A program made the position numbers and the translations under genes. Positions 46,326-56,539 of a DNA stretch of 64,000 nt are shown piece after piece. The notes under the pieces were generated by a model. That model made no database searches. It was not told the origin of the DNA and worked only from the letters and a program-made list of their open reading frames with translations. The stretch's first letter is position 1; the number at the start of each line of letters is the position of its first letter. The stretch comes from Candidatus Aenigmatarchaeota archaeon (GTDB lineage Archaea > Aenigmatarchaeota > Aenigmatarchaeia > CG10238-14 > SCSR01). The stretch spans positions 320,001 through 384,000 of the forward strand of contig JAVZHQ010000001.1 in NCBI GenBank assembly GCA_038998335.1, written 5' to 3'.

Positions 46326-47563
46326 GGAAATCCAAAGGACTCTCTAACTTTTGACTTTACTATTTCAGAAATTTCTCTTAAGCTTTTTTTAGTCTTTTTT
46401 GCAATTTTTTCCAAATCGTCATATTCTGGTTTAGCTTGAATTATTTGATTATTTAAATCTCTAGAAACCTTAACATTTACTTTTTCTTTTATTCCGTCAA
46501 TTTCTACTTCAAGAGGAAAGATTTCTCTCTTAACCTTAAGTCTTTCGCAAGGATGAATTCTTACTCCTAGGGTACCGGTCTCTCTCATAAGTACTCCTGC
46601 TATTTTTTGTAGGTTAGTTTCGTCGGTTATAACTTTTATTATTTGACCTGGCCTATTCTTTTTCATAATCGTCGGAATAACACTAACATCTTTTGCCCCT
46701 TCTTCAAAAAGTTTTTTAACGGTATATCCTAATATTTCCCCTGAAACATCATCTAAGTTTGTTTCAATTTCCAAAATTTTTTCACTTAAAAATTCTTTAG
46801 TAGAGTTTCCAACTATAACTCTTAATATGTTCGGTATTTCTTCAAAATCTTTAGTGCCGGCCCCATAGCCTATATTAATCAACTTGAGTAAGGGAAGGAA
46901 TTCCATAGTTTTTTTAGCAAGATTAACAAGAATAGATGCACCTGTAGGTGTAGTAAGTTCTGCCGAAATTGGCCCTCCTTTGACTGAAAAGTTCTTTGAT
47001 TTAAGTATTTCTAAGGCTGCTGGTGATGGAACAGAAACAATACCATGAGAAAAACTTAACATTCCTCCACCAAGTGCTACTGGTGAAGAATAAATTTCTG
47101 CATCAAATAAATTTAGATTAACCAAAGCAACAGCGCTTCCTATTATTTCTGCAACTGTATCTATAGAACCAGCTTCATGAAGATGAACTTCGTCGATACT
47201 TTTACCATGTATCCTTGCTTCTGTCTCTACTAAGGTTTTTGCGCATTTTATAGAAAAATCTTTAGCTTCTTTATTCAAACCCAAATCTTCTACACAATTT
47301 TCAACTGCTTCTACTATCTCTTTTCCCTTTCTTTCCTTTGGCTCTTCGGCTTTTATCTCGATTCTTTTGGCCAAAAAACCTTTCCTTTCAACTTTCTCGA
47401 TTTTTATCTCCAAATTTTTGCAATTGCTCAAATATTCTTGTAATTTTTTCATACTTTCTATTATTCTTTTTTCATCAGCTCCTAGGTCAAGCAAAGCAGC
47501 TAAGAACATATCCCCAGAAATTCCAGCAACTTGACAATCTATAAAAACAATTTTATTTTTCAT
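46322..47563 (-). CDS. larC: nickel pincer cofactor biosynthesis protein LarC
   Basis: GISGDM, VHLHEAG, TPTGA, ETNLDD, MKKNRPG and PEYDD motifs. Confidence 0.94.
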   Translation of the reverse strand: MKNKIVFIDCQVAGISGDMFLAALLDLGADEKRIIESMKKLQEYLSNCKNLEIKIEKVERKGFLAKRIEIKAEEPKERKGKEIVEAVENCVEDLGLNKEAKDFSIKCAKTLVETEARIHGKSIDEVHLHEAGSIDTVAEIIGSAVALVNLNLFDAEIYSSPVALGGGMLSFSHGIVSVPSPAALEILKSKNFSVKGGPISAELTTPTGASILVNLAKKTMEFLPLLKLINIGYGAGTKDFEEIPNILRVIVGNSTKEFLSEKILEIETNLDDVSGEILGYTVKKLFEEGAKDVSVIPTIMKKNRPGQIIKVITDETNLQKIAGVLMRETGTLGVRIHPCERLKVKREIFPLEVEIDGIKEKVNVKVSRDLNNQIIQAKPEYDDLEKIAKKTKKSLREISEIVKSKVRESFGFP

Positions 47564-47603
47564 ACTCTCTAATTTTTAAAAATATCATAATAAATAAAAA
47601 TAT

Positions 47604-48389
47604 ATGACGCTTAAGAAAATTTTGGAAAAAGTTTCTAAAAGAAAACTTTCAGTAGAAGAAGCAGAAAAGCTTCTAAAATTTTTTTCTTTTAGAGAAATAG
47701 AGAAAATAGCTAAGCTAGATGTTGGTAGAGAATTAAGAAAGGGAATAGCTGAAATAATTCTAGCAGAAGGAAAAGAAACTGAAGGTTTAATTAAAATAGT
47801 TTCCAATTTCTTGAAAGAAAGAGGAAGAGTTATAATTAGCAGAGCAAATAAAGCGCAACTTAAAGCTATAAGAAAAGCTTTCAAATCGAACAAAAAAATT
47901 TTAAAAATTAATGAAAAATCTGGAACCGTAGTGATTAAGAATAAAGGTTTTAAAGTCGAAAAAACTGGTGGTAAAGTAGGGATTTTGACAGCAGGAACTT
48001 CAGATATTCCGGTAGCTGAAGAAGCAAAAATTGTTGCTGAAGAAATGGGTTGTCAAGTTTTTGAGTTCTACGACGTCGGAGTTGCGGGAATTCATAGACT
48101 TTTTTCGTGTTTGAAAGAATTAATTAAGAAAGATGTTGATGTAATCATAGTTTTTGCTGGAAGGGAAGGGGCTTTACCTTCTGTTGTCGCTGGTTTAGTT
48201 GATGTACCAGTAATAGGAGTTCCTACTTCTTCTGGTTATGGAATTGGAGGAAAAGGAGTAAGCGCTTTTCTGGCTATGCTTCAGTCTTGTTCTTTAGGTA
48301 TAGGTGTGGTTAACATTGATAACGGTATAGGCGCAGGAACCTTAGCATCTTTAATCGCTAATAGAGCTGCAAAATTTAGGAGAGATTAG
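47604..48389 (+). CDS. larB: nickel pincer cofactor biosynthesis protein LarB
   Basis: AGTSDIPVAEEA, DVGVAGIHRL, GVPTS.GYG and VNIDNG motifs. Confidence 0.94.
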   Translation: MTLKKILEKVSKRKLSVEEAEKLLKFFSFREIEKIAKLDVGRELRKGIAEIILAEGKETEGLIKIVSNFLKERGRVIISRANKAQLKAIRKAFKSNKKILKINEKSGTVVIKNKGFKVEKTGGKVGILTAGTSDIPVAEEAKIVAEEMGCQVFEFYDVGVAGIHRLFSCLKELIKKDVDVIIVFAGREGALPSVVAGLVDVPVIGVPTSSGYGIGGKGVSAFLAMLQSCSLGIGVVNIDNGIGAGTLASLIANRAAKFRRD

Positions 48390-48946
48390 TACTGAATCCC
48401 TTTTGTTGTTGGTATTTTCTTTGGAAACTTCACATCTTTTATGACGTTAACAAAATGTGCAATCTTGTAAAGCTCCTTAGGAGCAAATCTTCCGGTTAAA
48501 ACAACATCAGTTTTTTTTGGCAAAGATTTTAAAAATTTTATGACTTCTTTTTTATCGAGAAGCCTCCAATGTAGAGCTAGATTTACTTCGTCTAGAACAA
48601 GCAAGTGAGGTTTTTTCTCTTTAACAATTTTTTTAGCAAATTCTAACCCTTTTTTTGCAAAAAGCTTGTCTGCATCGTTTAAGTTTCTAACGACAAACTT
48701 TTTCTTTCCAAATCTATAGACTTTTGGCGAACCATCAAGCTTAAACCAACCAGGCCTTCCAAACTGATAAATCTCATAGTAAGGTTTAAGCTTATCTCTT
48801 ATTTTGTACTCTCCTGTATTTTTCCACCATTTCAAAAACTGGATTATAACAACTTTATGTTTATGTCCTATCGAACGCAAAGCTAATCCTAGAGCGTTAG
48901 TTGTTTTCCCTGCTCCTGTTCCGGTGTAAAGATAAATATAGCCCAT
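48386..48946 (-). CDS. cob(I)alamin adenosyltransferase (CobA/CobO/BtuR family)
   Basis: YTGTGAGKTT, QFLK, LDE, LTGR motifs and GIQY end. Confidence 0.9.
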   Translation of the reverse strand: MGYIYLYTGTGAGKTTNALGLALRSIGHKHKVVIIQFLKWWKNTGEYKIRDKLKPYYEIYQFGRPGWFKLDGSPKVYRFGKKKFVVRNLNDADKLFAKKGLEFAKKIVKEKKPHLLVLDEVNLALHWRLLDKKEVIKFLKSLPKKTDVVLTGRFAPKELYKIAHFVNVIKDVKFPKKIPTTKGIQY

Positions 48947-49254
48947 TATCTCACTTCTTTTCTTAGCCAAGTTTCATATTCTTTGTTTGTTTCAACTTCT
49001 ATCTTTGCTATTAGTGGTACTTTATACTCATGAACTTTTTTAACTTCTTCTTTAATTTTCTCAAGATTTTCTTTTATAGTTTTTGCTATCAAAATATATT
49101 CTTTCGATTTCTCTATTTTTCCTTGCCACCAGTAAAAGCTTTGAATTGGAAAAATGTTTGTGCAAGCGATTAATCTCTTTTTGAGTAAGTGCAAAGCTAA
49201 CTTTTCTGCATGTTTCTTGTTCGGGTTTGTTATGTAAATGAAGATAATGTTCAT
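48946..49254 (-). CDS. cutA: divalent-cation tolerance protein CutA
   Basis: LIACTNI, YWWQG and HEYKVP motifs. Confidence 0.92.
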   Translation of the reverse strand: MNIIFIYITNPNKKHAEKLALHLLKKRLIACTNIFPIQSFYWWQGKIEKSKEYILIAKTIKENLEKIKEEVKKVHEYKVPLIAKIEVETNKEYETWLRKEVR

Positions 49255-49400
49255 AATTTTTCTCTATATTTTTAATTTTTTATTCTATATGCTTTTCCTC
49301 GTTATTGAATAAGGTTCCAAACCAAGTTTTTTACAATTTTTTGTTATTCCGAAATCTGCATCCATTGATGATAGTCAACAAATTACTAGTATTATCTTCT

Positions 49401-49808
49401 TCATTCAATACCATCATAAAATTCTGAGTGTTTAATACTTAGACAAGCTATCAAGTATAAAAGTGGATGTACTTTTTTACTTCTAAGTATTTTATCGAAA
49501 GTAAGCCAGAAAATTTTTTTAATTTCCCCTCTGGCTTCAATTTTTCCTCCGACAATCTCACAAAGATAGAAATAGAATAAGAAAGGCTTAAACTGTACTT
49601 TCATTACTAGTTTTTTTACCTTAACATATAGCCCTGTTTCTTCTTTTACTTCCCTTATTACAGCTTCCTCTGGACTTTCTCCTTTTTCTAGGTGACCTGC
49701 AGGAAGCCAAATAAAATCTTTATAAGTTCCTTTATCTTGTTTGATACAAAGAAGGCTGTTATTTTTTCTAAGAATTCCTGCAACTATTATTTCTAATTTA
49801 TTTTTCAT
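49401..49808 (-). CDS. NUDIX hydrolase
   Basis: PAGHLEKGESPEEAVIREVKEETG Nudix box. Confidence 0.9.
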   Translation of the reverse strand: MKNKLEIIVAGILRKNNSLLCIKQDKGTYKDFIWLPAGHLEKGESPEEAVIREVKEETGLYVKVKKLVMKVQFKPFLFYFYLCEIVGGKIEARGEIKKIFWLTFDKILRSKKVHPLLYLIACLSIKHSEFYDGIE

Positions 49809-50362
49809 ATCTTGATCTTATCCCATTTATCAAATATTTTCCAAAACTTAACAATAAAGCTATGAGGATACTTTGCCAGTTTTTTAGCAGTTTTTGTTTG
49901 AAGTGTCTCAAAACATTTTTGTTCAATTTTTCTTGCATATTTTAATGCTTCTCTAAATTTCATTTTTCTCGCTCCTATATTACAAGCTACTTCTCTAACG
50001 ATACCAAATGGTCCAATGACTTGAAGTTTGTCCGCATCGTATACCACTTTAGCCTCTATACTCTTAGCTTTATGAATGTTTTTCGTACTTGAACAATCAA
50101 CACAGTGCACAATTTCTTTAATCAAATTTTTATCAATCCTAATATTTTTGAGGAATTTTTCTACAACTTTTCCGTTATGAAATTGATGGAGCATTGCACC
50201 TAGCTTGACAATCTTAATGTTTGTTCCTTCTCTTTTACCTATATAGGTTGCTAACTTAATCGTTCTTCTTAAATGCTCAATCCCGTGAGTCTCATCCAAC
50301 TTTTTATAAAAATTTTTAGCAAAATTTTCTATTTGATTGATTTGTCTTTTAGTTATTCTCAT
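49805..50362 (-). CDS. HD-domain protein (degenerate HD motif)
   Basis: HGIEH..R, MLHQ in place of LHD, YDADKL. Confidence 0.75.
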   Translation of the reverse strand: MRITKRQINQIENFAKNFYKKLDETHGIEHLRRTIKLATYIGKREGTNIKIVKLGAMLHQFHNGKVVEKFLKNIRIDKNLIKEIVHCVDCSSTKNIHKAKSIEAKVVYDADKLQVIGPFGIVREVACNIGARKMKFREALKYARKIEQKCFETLQTKTAKKLAKYPHSFIVKFWKIFDKWDKIKI

Positions 50363-50712
50363 TTAATAACCCTGAACTTAATTATCGTCACATAATCATC
50401 TTCCTTAACTTTTCTTCCGATTCTCTTTGAATAAATTTCATTTAATATGGAAACCAAAGAACTTTTTGGCCAAGCTTCAGGATCTCCTATAACCTCCTCT
50501 TTCCTTACTTCTTTAATCTTTTTTAAAACAAGCTCTGTAATTTCAGCCTCAGCAATTTTTTGCGCATTCTTTAAATCATCAGCAATTGTAATTTCAATCT
50601 TGTCTCCAACTTTGAATTTTTTAATGTAGTCGTTGCCTAACCTAACAGTTCTGAACTTCTTTCCTTCCAGAATCCAATTTTTATATTTGGGTAAGAAATT
50701 AAGTTTTTTCAT
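50359..50712 (-). CDS. ASCH domain protein
   Basis: ILEGKKFRTVR motif. Confidence 0.8.
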   Translation of the reverse strand: MKKLNFLPKYKNWILEGKKFRTVRLGNDYIKKFKVGDKIEITIADDLKNAQKIAEAEITELVLKKIKEVRKEEVIGDPEAWPKSSLVSILNEIYSKRIGRKVKEDDYVTIIKFRVIK

Positions 50713-50929
50713 TTACTTCACTTAACTCTTTATTAAAACTTTTTTAAGTTAAGATATAAATTAATTTGGCGCTAAAAGTGGGTGGTAGTCTTTGCTGCTA
50801 AAATCATCAAAGCTTCTTCTAACCAAAAATAGCAAATATACTTAATTTTGCCGTTGTTATAATCATCGGAAATAAACTCCCAAAAGCTATAAATAAAGCT
50901 ATTTACTAAGTAAGTTAAAAGCGATAAAA

Positions 50930-51550
50930 ATGAAGACAGAATCTTTAACTGTCGAGAAAGCTGAGCTAATAGGACTACTGTGCGCAGACGGTACACATTA
51001 TCACTATATTTCCATTTACAATCGATTTTATCCGAAACGAGGAAAATACTATACCACAATAAGTCCAAAAGAACAAATAGAATTTGGCAATTTAAACATA
51101 AAACTTTTGAAACATTTCCAAAAATTACTTAAGATTGCGTATAATTATCATCCTAAAATTACTGGTACTCCTAAAAGTTTAAAAATTCATATAAGTAAGA
51201 AAAATATAATTAAAGACCTATTGCAGTATACGGATTTTGGATCCGAAAAATGGAAGGTCCCAAAAGAAATTAAAGAAGGTCCTTTCGACGTTAAGGCGGC
51301 TTTTATTAGAGGAGTTTACGAAGGTGATGGGGTAAAGCTTCAAACATCAAAATATGGCAAACCATATTTATTTTTTGAAATGAAAAATAAACCTTCATTA
51401 GAAGATTTAAAGAAATTACTTCAAGATATTGGAATTAACGCAAGAATAAATAAGAATAGTAATGGGATGACTAGATTAATAGTGTATGGTTTTGAGAACA
51501 TTACGAAATTTAAAAAATTTATAAAACCAAAATATAAAAAGCTCGGGTGA
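50930..51550 (+). CDS. free-standing double-motif LAGLIDADG homing endonuclease
   Basis: AELIGLLCADG and AFIRGVYEGDG motifs; stop codon lies within tRNA-Cys. Confidence 0.88.
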   Translation: MKTESLTVEKAELIGLLCADGTHYHYISIYNRFYPKRGKYYTTISPKEQIEFGNLNIKLLKHFQKLLKIAYNYHPKITGTPKSLKIHISKKNIIKDLLQYTDFGSEKWKVPKEIKEGPFDVKAAFIRGVYEGDGVKLQTSKYGKPYLFFEMKNKPSLEDLKKLLQDIGINARINKNSNGMTRLIVYGFENITKFKKFIKPKYKKLG

Positions 51551-51645
51551 CCGAACCAGGTCTAGGTAGTCGGCTGCAGTTGGTCTTTTGATAAAAGATG
51601 AAAAGTTGAGACCGACGCATGCGGGTTCAAATCCCGCCCCGAGCT
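51541..51645 (+). tRNA. tRNA-Cys(GCA) with 31-nt intron at 37/38 (51580-51610)
   Basis: Acceptor stem GCTCGGG/CCCGAGC with U73; anticodon arm GTCGG-CT GCA G|A-CCGAC; T arm GCGGG TTCAAAT CCCGC. Confidence 0.92.
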
Positions 51646-51669
51646 TTTTAAAACTGGAAGTTGAAGAAA

Positions 51670-53082
51670 ATGGTGCTCAAACTTTTTAACACTTTGACAA
51701 GAAAAAAGGAAGTTTTTAAGCCTATAAGAAAGAATGAAGTAAGAATGTATACTTGTGGCCCAACAGTTTATGATTTTGCTCATATAGGAAATTTTAGAAC
51801 TTATGTTTGGCAAGACATTCTGAAAAGATGGCTTCTTTTTAAAGGGTTTAAAGTAAAGCATGTGATGAACTTAACTGATATAGATGATAAAACTATTAAA
51901 GGAGCAAGAGAACAGGGAATCTCTTTAAGGGAATTTACGGAAAAATACATAAAAGCATTTTTTGAAGATTCAAAAACTTTGAACCTATTACCTGCAGATG
52001 TTTATCCAAGGGCAACTGAACATATAAGGGAAATAGTCGAGCTCATAAAAATTCTTATAGAAAAAGGCTACGCTTATAGAGGCGAGGACGGCTCAATCTA
52101 CTATGACATTTCTAAGTTTAAGGATTATGGTAAACTTTCTAAGCTTAAAATAAAAGAGCTAAAAGCTGGAGCAAGAGTTAAGTCAGACAGCTACACAAAA
52201 GAAGAAGCTTATGATTTTGCTTTATGGAAAGCCTGGGATCCTGAGGACGGAGAAGTGTTCTTTGAAACTGAAATAGGTAAAGGAAGGCCAGGATGGCATA
52301 TAGAGTGTTCAGCCATGTCAATGAAGTATTTAGGCGAGACTTTTGACATTCATACAGGCGGCGTAGACTTAATCTTTCCGCATCATGAGAATGAAATAGC
52401 TCAAAGCGAGGCAGCCACAGGAAAAAAATTTGTAAATTATTGGTTACATGCTGAGCATTTAATAGTCGAAGGAAGAAAAATGTCCAAATCGCTAGGAAAT
52501 TTTTACACTTTACGAGACTTACTTGCTAAAGGTTATGACCCAAGAGCAATAAGATATTTACTTCTTTCTACTCATTATAAACAACAGCTCAACTTCACTT
52601 TTGAAGGGCTAGAAGCAGCAAAAAATACTGTAGAAAAACTCATCAACTTTCTTTGGAAGCTAAAAGAAATAAAAGGAGGAAAAGAAAACAAGCAAGTAAA
52701 AAAAATGATAAAAGAAACTAGAGAAAAGTTTGAAGAAGCAATGGATGACAACTTAAGGATAAATGATGCGTTGGCTGTTATGTTTAAGTTTGTAAACCAG
52801 GTTAACAAGTTAATTTCACAAAACAAAATCGGAAAGAAGAACTCTAAAGAAATTATAGATTTAATTTTAAGCTTTGACAAAGTTCTTGGGCTAAACTTAG
52901 AAGAAGCAATAAAAGAAGAAAAGCTACCAGAAGAAATTCAAAAGCTTCTAAAGGAAAGAGAAGAGGCAAGAAAAAGAAAAGATTGGAAGCTTGCCGACGA
53001 GCTAAGAGAAAAAATAAAAGAGTTAGGCTATTCTGTTGAAGATACTCCTGAAGGACCTCTGTGCAAAAAAATTGGAAAATAA
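51670..53082 (+). CDS. cysS: cysteine--tRNA ligase
   Basis: CGPTVY, HIGN, GRPGWHIECSAM and KMSKS motifs. Confidence 0.97.
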   Translation: MVLKLFNTLTRKKEVFKPIRKNEVRMYTCGPTVYDFAHIGNFRTYVWQDILKRWLLFKGFKVKHVMNLTDIDDKTIKGAREQGISLREFTEKYIKAFFEDSKTLNLLPADVYPRATEHIREIVELIKILIEKGYAYRGEDGSIYYDISKFKDYGKLSKLKIKELKAGARVKSDSYTKEEAYDFALWKAWDPEDGEVFFETEIGKGRPGWHIECSAMSMKYLGETFDIHTGGVDLIFPHHENEIAQSEAATGKKFVNYWLHAEHLIVEGRKMSKSLGNFYTLRDLLAKGYDPRAIRYLLLSTHYKQQLNFTFEGLEAAKNTVEKLINFLWKLKEIKGGKENKQVKKMIKETREKFEEAMDDNLRINDALAVMFKFVNQVNKLISQNKIGKKNSKEIIDLILSFDKVLGLNLEEAIKEEKLPEEIQKLLKEREEARKRKDWKLADELREKIKELGYSVEDTPEGPLCKKIGK

Positions 53083-53087
53083 AAAAT

Positions 53088-53279
53088 TTATTTTTTAACC
53101 AATTTTATCGCTCCTGCTGGGCAAGAGTCTGCTGCTGTTTTACAATCGCACTCATCACATCCCTTTGGGTTAATTACATGAGATTTTCCATCATCTCCCA
53201 ACTTAAAAACAGTCGGACAAATGCTTGCGCATAAGCCACAACCCAAACATTTATCTTCATCTACTACTGGAATTACCAT
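53088..53279 (-). CDS. ferredoxin
   Basis: CLGCGLC...CP...CPAGAI. Confidence 0.9.
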   Translation of the reverse strand: MVIPVVDEDKCLGCGLCASICPTVFKLGDDGKSHVINPKGCDECDCKTAADSCPAGAIKLVKK

Positions 53280-53291
53280 TTTATCACCACC

Positions 53292-56200
53292 TCAAGAGTA
53301 TAAAGTGCAAGTTGGACAAACCGAAGAAGCTTCACTTAAAGGTTTTAAAACTTGAACTTCTCTGCTTGCATGCCTGTAAATTGTTATACCTTTGCATCCA
53401 AGCTTGTAAGCCAAGAGATAAGCTTTTTCCACATCATGAGGAGTTGCATGATGAGGAAAGTTTATTGTTTTGCTTACTGCATTATCAGTATATTTCTGGA
53501 AAGCTGCCTGCATTCTTACATGCCATTCTGGACTAATATCATGAGCTGTAACAAAAAGTTTTCTTATATGCTCAGGAATTTCTTCAACATCTTGAATTGA
53601 AGTTTTTCCAGAAATTTTCTTCATCAAATCTTCTGTATAAAATCCTTCTTTTATAGCTATAGTTTCAAACAAAGGATTGATTTCAACTAGGTTTGCTCCT
53701 AAGCTTTCTGAAACTTCTCTAACATAAGCAATAGCAAACAAGGGCTCTATACCAGAAGAGCAACCTGCTATTACTCCTATGGTTCCTGTTGGAGCAATGG
53801 TTGTTACAGTTGCATTTCTCATAGCTTTATAACCTTTCTTTTCCCAAACACTTCCCTTAAAGTTTGGAAAAGAGCCTTTTTCTTCCCCAAGCTCAACAGA
53901 CATCTTTCTTGCTTCTTCAGAAATGAATTTCATGACTTCTTCGGCAACTTTTAAAGCTTCTTCTGAATTGTAAGGTATGCCAAGCTGGATAAGCATGTCA
54001 GCAAAACCCATAACTCCCAAACCAATTTTTCTGTTTGCTTTTGTCATTTGTTCTATTTGAGGAATTGGATAATAGTTTGCATCTATAACATTGTCCAAAA
54101 AGCGAACTGCTAATCTAACAGTTTCTCTTAATCTTTTCCAATCGATTTTTCCGTCTTCAACAAATTTTGATAGGTTAATTGAACCTAAATTGCAAGACTC
54201 AAAAGGCAATAAAGGCTGTTCTCCACAACCACGTTGCACGTATCCGTCAGTAATCCAAGTATCGCTACCCTCGCAATACAAATCATAAACTGTATCATTC
54301 CCAACAAACTCTATAGAAACTACACGTGCCTTCCATGTGTTCCCAGTTGTGAGCCACTCTTTTTTTAATTCTCTAAGTTTTTTACCTTTTATTGGGTGTA
54401 TTTTTTCAATTTGAGACATACGAGCAAATCTTCCTGCACTCTCACCAGAAACTATTACTTGATACTTAGGATGTCTTCTTACAATTTTTCTTTTTCCTAT
54501 CATTCCTCCGTCATCGCTAAAACTCTCAAAAATTCTACCATGACATCCTAGCAGTAACAATAATCTACGAATGTTTTGAGCTAGTTGCTTGGATGATGTT
54601 ACAAAACGAATTTGTGGGTGATTGGAAGCTAATAAAATATCTCCATCAGTTGCCAACAAACCGTCAAGTATACCCAAAGCTTTTTCTCTACTTCTTACTT
54701 GAACTATATCAAAGCTTTTTTCATGAGAGTATGCAGGAGTTAAATTTAATTCTTGAAGAAGTTTTTTTCCGTTAGAAAAAATTAGGTTTACGGTTTTGGA
54801 GTCGGGAAAAGTATCTACGTTTCTGAAATTTTCTTCACTAAACAATTTTTTTAAATTCTCGTTAAATTCTACTTCTTCTTTATTTGATGCTATTTTAACT
54901 ATGTTTCGAGAAATTATACTTTTAGTATAACATCCATCCCCTAATAAAATTCCCATTTTTAAACCTTCCTCGTACTCCTCTGGATTGGAAGTTAAAATTG
55001 GAGTAGGTTCAACTCTCACATAATCTCCGATTCTAAGCTCATCTACCCTACAATCCACTAATTTTTTACTCTCACTTCCTTTTCTAATTACGTAGTATCT
55101 ATGAGAGGCTGTAACTATTTGTTCTCCTCCGTCCGAAAACTTTACTTTAAAAACAGGCATGTTAAAATGCTTTTCTATTGCTTTAACAGGCTCGAAACCA
55201 AAAACCGTACTTATATAATCTCCAACTTTTATATTTTCAACTGGAACATAACCAGAGGGAGTATTAACTAGTGTTCCTTTAGCTACACATGGGTTTGTTG
55301 ATTCTATTTCTCCTATATGAGGAGTGGGATTATGCCTATTAATTGTATCGATAAAAATAACTCCAGGTTCACCATTTTTCCATGCCATGGTAACTATTAA
55401 ATTCCATATAGCTCTTGCTTTAATTCTTTTAACAGGCTTTTTATTCCTTGGGTTAATTAGCTCAAAATCTTTATCTTTTTCAACAGCGTCCATAAACTTG
55501 TCAGTTATTGCAACAGAAATGTTAAAGTTTTTCAATATGCCTTCTCTTTCTTTACAAACTATGAAATCAAGGATGTCAGGATGATCAACTCTTAAAATTC
55601 CCATGTTTGCACCTCTTCTCTTTCCACCTTGTTTTATCACTTCAGTCGCTGCGTCAAACACTTGCATAAAACTTATCGGACCTGAAGCTACTCCGCTAGT
55701 TGACTGAACTATATCGCCTGCTGGCCTAAGCTTTGAAAAGCTAAAGCCTGTGCCTCCACCTGATTTTTGAACGATAGCCATTATCTTTACAGCCTCAAAG
55801 ATACTTTCTATAGAATCTTCTACAGGGATAACAAAGCATGCACTTAAATTAAGTTTTGTTCCTGTTCCTGCATTCATAAGAGTTGGAGAATTAGGTAAAA
55901 ACTCAAGCTTTGCCATCATCTCGAAAAATTGGCTTTCTAGCTCTTGAATTTCTTGCTCGCTTTTTCCGTAATTCTTTTCAACCTCAGCTATAGCATGCGC
56001 TACTCTTTGAAACATTTGCCTTGGTGTTTCTATAACTCTCCCACTTTCGTCTTTCCTTAAATATCTTTTCTCTAAAACTATTATTGCGTTTAAAGGAAGT
56101 TTTAAATCATCTTGTACGCCTAACAAAGCTTTCGCTCTTCTTATTTCTGCCCTTTTTTGCCTGTAAAGGATGAAAGCTTTTGCTGTTTTTGCATGTCCGT

Positions 56201-56459
56201 TTTCTATCAAGACTTTTTCAACCAAGTCTTGAACTTGCTCCACGCTTGGAATTTCTCCTGGCTTAAGTTGCTCTTTTAGAAGCTCAACCACTTGGTCAGC
56301 AAGTTTTTCAGATAATTCTCTATCTTTTCCTCCCACGCTTTTTGCAGCCTTCCATATAGCTTCTGTTATCTTGTTTTTATCAAAATCTACTATTCTTCCG
56401 TCTCTTTTTCTTATTTTAGAAATTTTTATTTCACTTTCATCCATTTTCTCTTCCTTCAA
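53292..56459 (-). CDS. nrdJ: adenosylcobalamin-dependent (class II) ribonucleotide reductase with ATP cone and intein
   Basis: N-terminal ATP cone ([14 protein letters not shown]); [19 protein letters not shown]|...|CGEQPL, APTG motifs; C-terminal CPTC. Confidence 0.95.
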   Translation of the reverse strand: MKEEKMDESEIKISKIRKRDGRIVDFDKNKITEAIWKAAKSVGGKDRELSEKLADQVVELLKEQLKPGEIPSVEQVQDLVEKVLIENGHAKTAKAFILYRQKRAEIRRAKALLGVQDDLKLPLNAIIVLEKRYLRKDESGRVIETPRQMFQRVAHAIAEVEKNYGKSEQEIQELESQFFEMMAKLEFLPNSPTLMNAGTGTKLNLSACFVIPVEDSIESIFEAVKIMAIVQKSGGGTGFSFSKLRPAGDIVQSTSGVASGPISFMQVFDAATEVIKQGGKRRGANMGILRVDHPDILDFIVCKEREGILKNFNISVAITDKFMDAVEKDKDFELINPRNKKPVKRIKARAIWNLIVTMAWKNGEPGVIFIDTINRHNPTPHIGEIESTNPCVAKGTLVNTPSGYVPVENIKVGDYISTVFGFEPVKAIEKHFNMPVFKVKFSDGGEQIVTASHRYYVIRKGSESKKLVDCRVDELRIGDYVRVEPTPILTSNPEEYEEGLKMGILLGDGCYTKSIISRNIVKIASNKEEVEFNENLKKLFSEENFRNVDTFPDSKTVNLIFSNGKKLLQELNLTPAYSHEKSFDIVQVRSREKALGILDGLLATDGDILLASNHPQIRFVTSSKQLAQNIRRLLLLLGCHGRIFESFSDDGGMIGKRKIVRRHPKYQVIVSGESAGRFARMSQIEKIHPIKGKKLRELKKEWLTTGNTWKARVVSIEFVGNDTVYDLYCEGSDTWITDGYVQRGCGEQPLLPFESCNLGSINLSKFVEDGKIDWKRLRETVRLAVRFLDNVIDANYYPIPQIEQMTKANRKIGLGVMGFADMLIQLGIPYNSEEALKVAEEVMKFISEEARKMSVELGEEKGSFPNFKGSVWEKKGYKAMRNATVTTIAPTGTIGVIAGCSSGIEPLFAIAYVREVSESLGANLVEINPLFETIAIKEGFYTEDLMKKISGKTSIQDVEEIPEHIRKLFVTAHDISPEWHVRMQAAFQKYTDNAVSKTINFPHHATPHDVEKAYLLAYKLGCKGITIYRHASREVQVLKPLSEASSVCPTCTLYS
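54228..55289 (-). mobile_element. 354-aa intein with LAGLIDADG endonuclease in nrdJ, atypical C-terminus (...VQRG)
   Basis: Starts CVAKGT after TNP; block B TASH; ILLGDG and GLLATDG motifs; block F VYDL; ends GYVQRG before CGEQ. Confidence 0.9.
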
Positions 56460-56539
56460 GCTTCAAAAAAACAAATGTTATTAGCTTTAAAATATTTATT
56501 TCTATGCTTAAATCTATATTACGCAGAATAAATATAAAA

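Noticed and set aside
49270-49390. Short ORF remnant between cutA and NUDIX
   Set aside because: Under 30 codons, no identifiable family.
50768-50800. GGTAGTC...GCTGC similarity to tRNA-Cys upstream of the LAGLIDADG gene (possible att/split tRNA)
   Set aside because: The match is too short and gapped, with no stem structure.
51562-51861. 99-aa minus-strand ORF and the other short ORFs nested antisense to long genes
   Set aside because: They overlap tRNA-Cys/cysS or other well-supported genes and have shadow-ORF composition.
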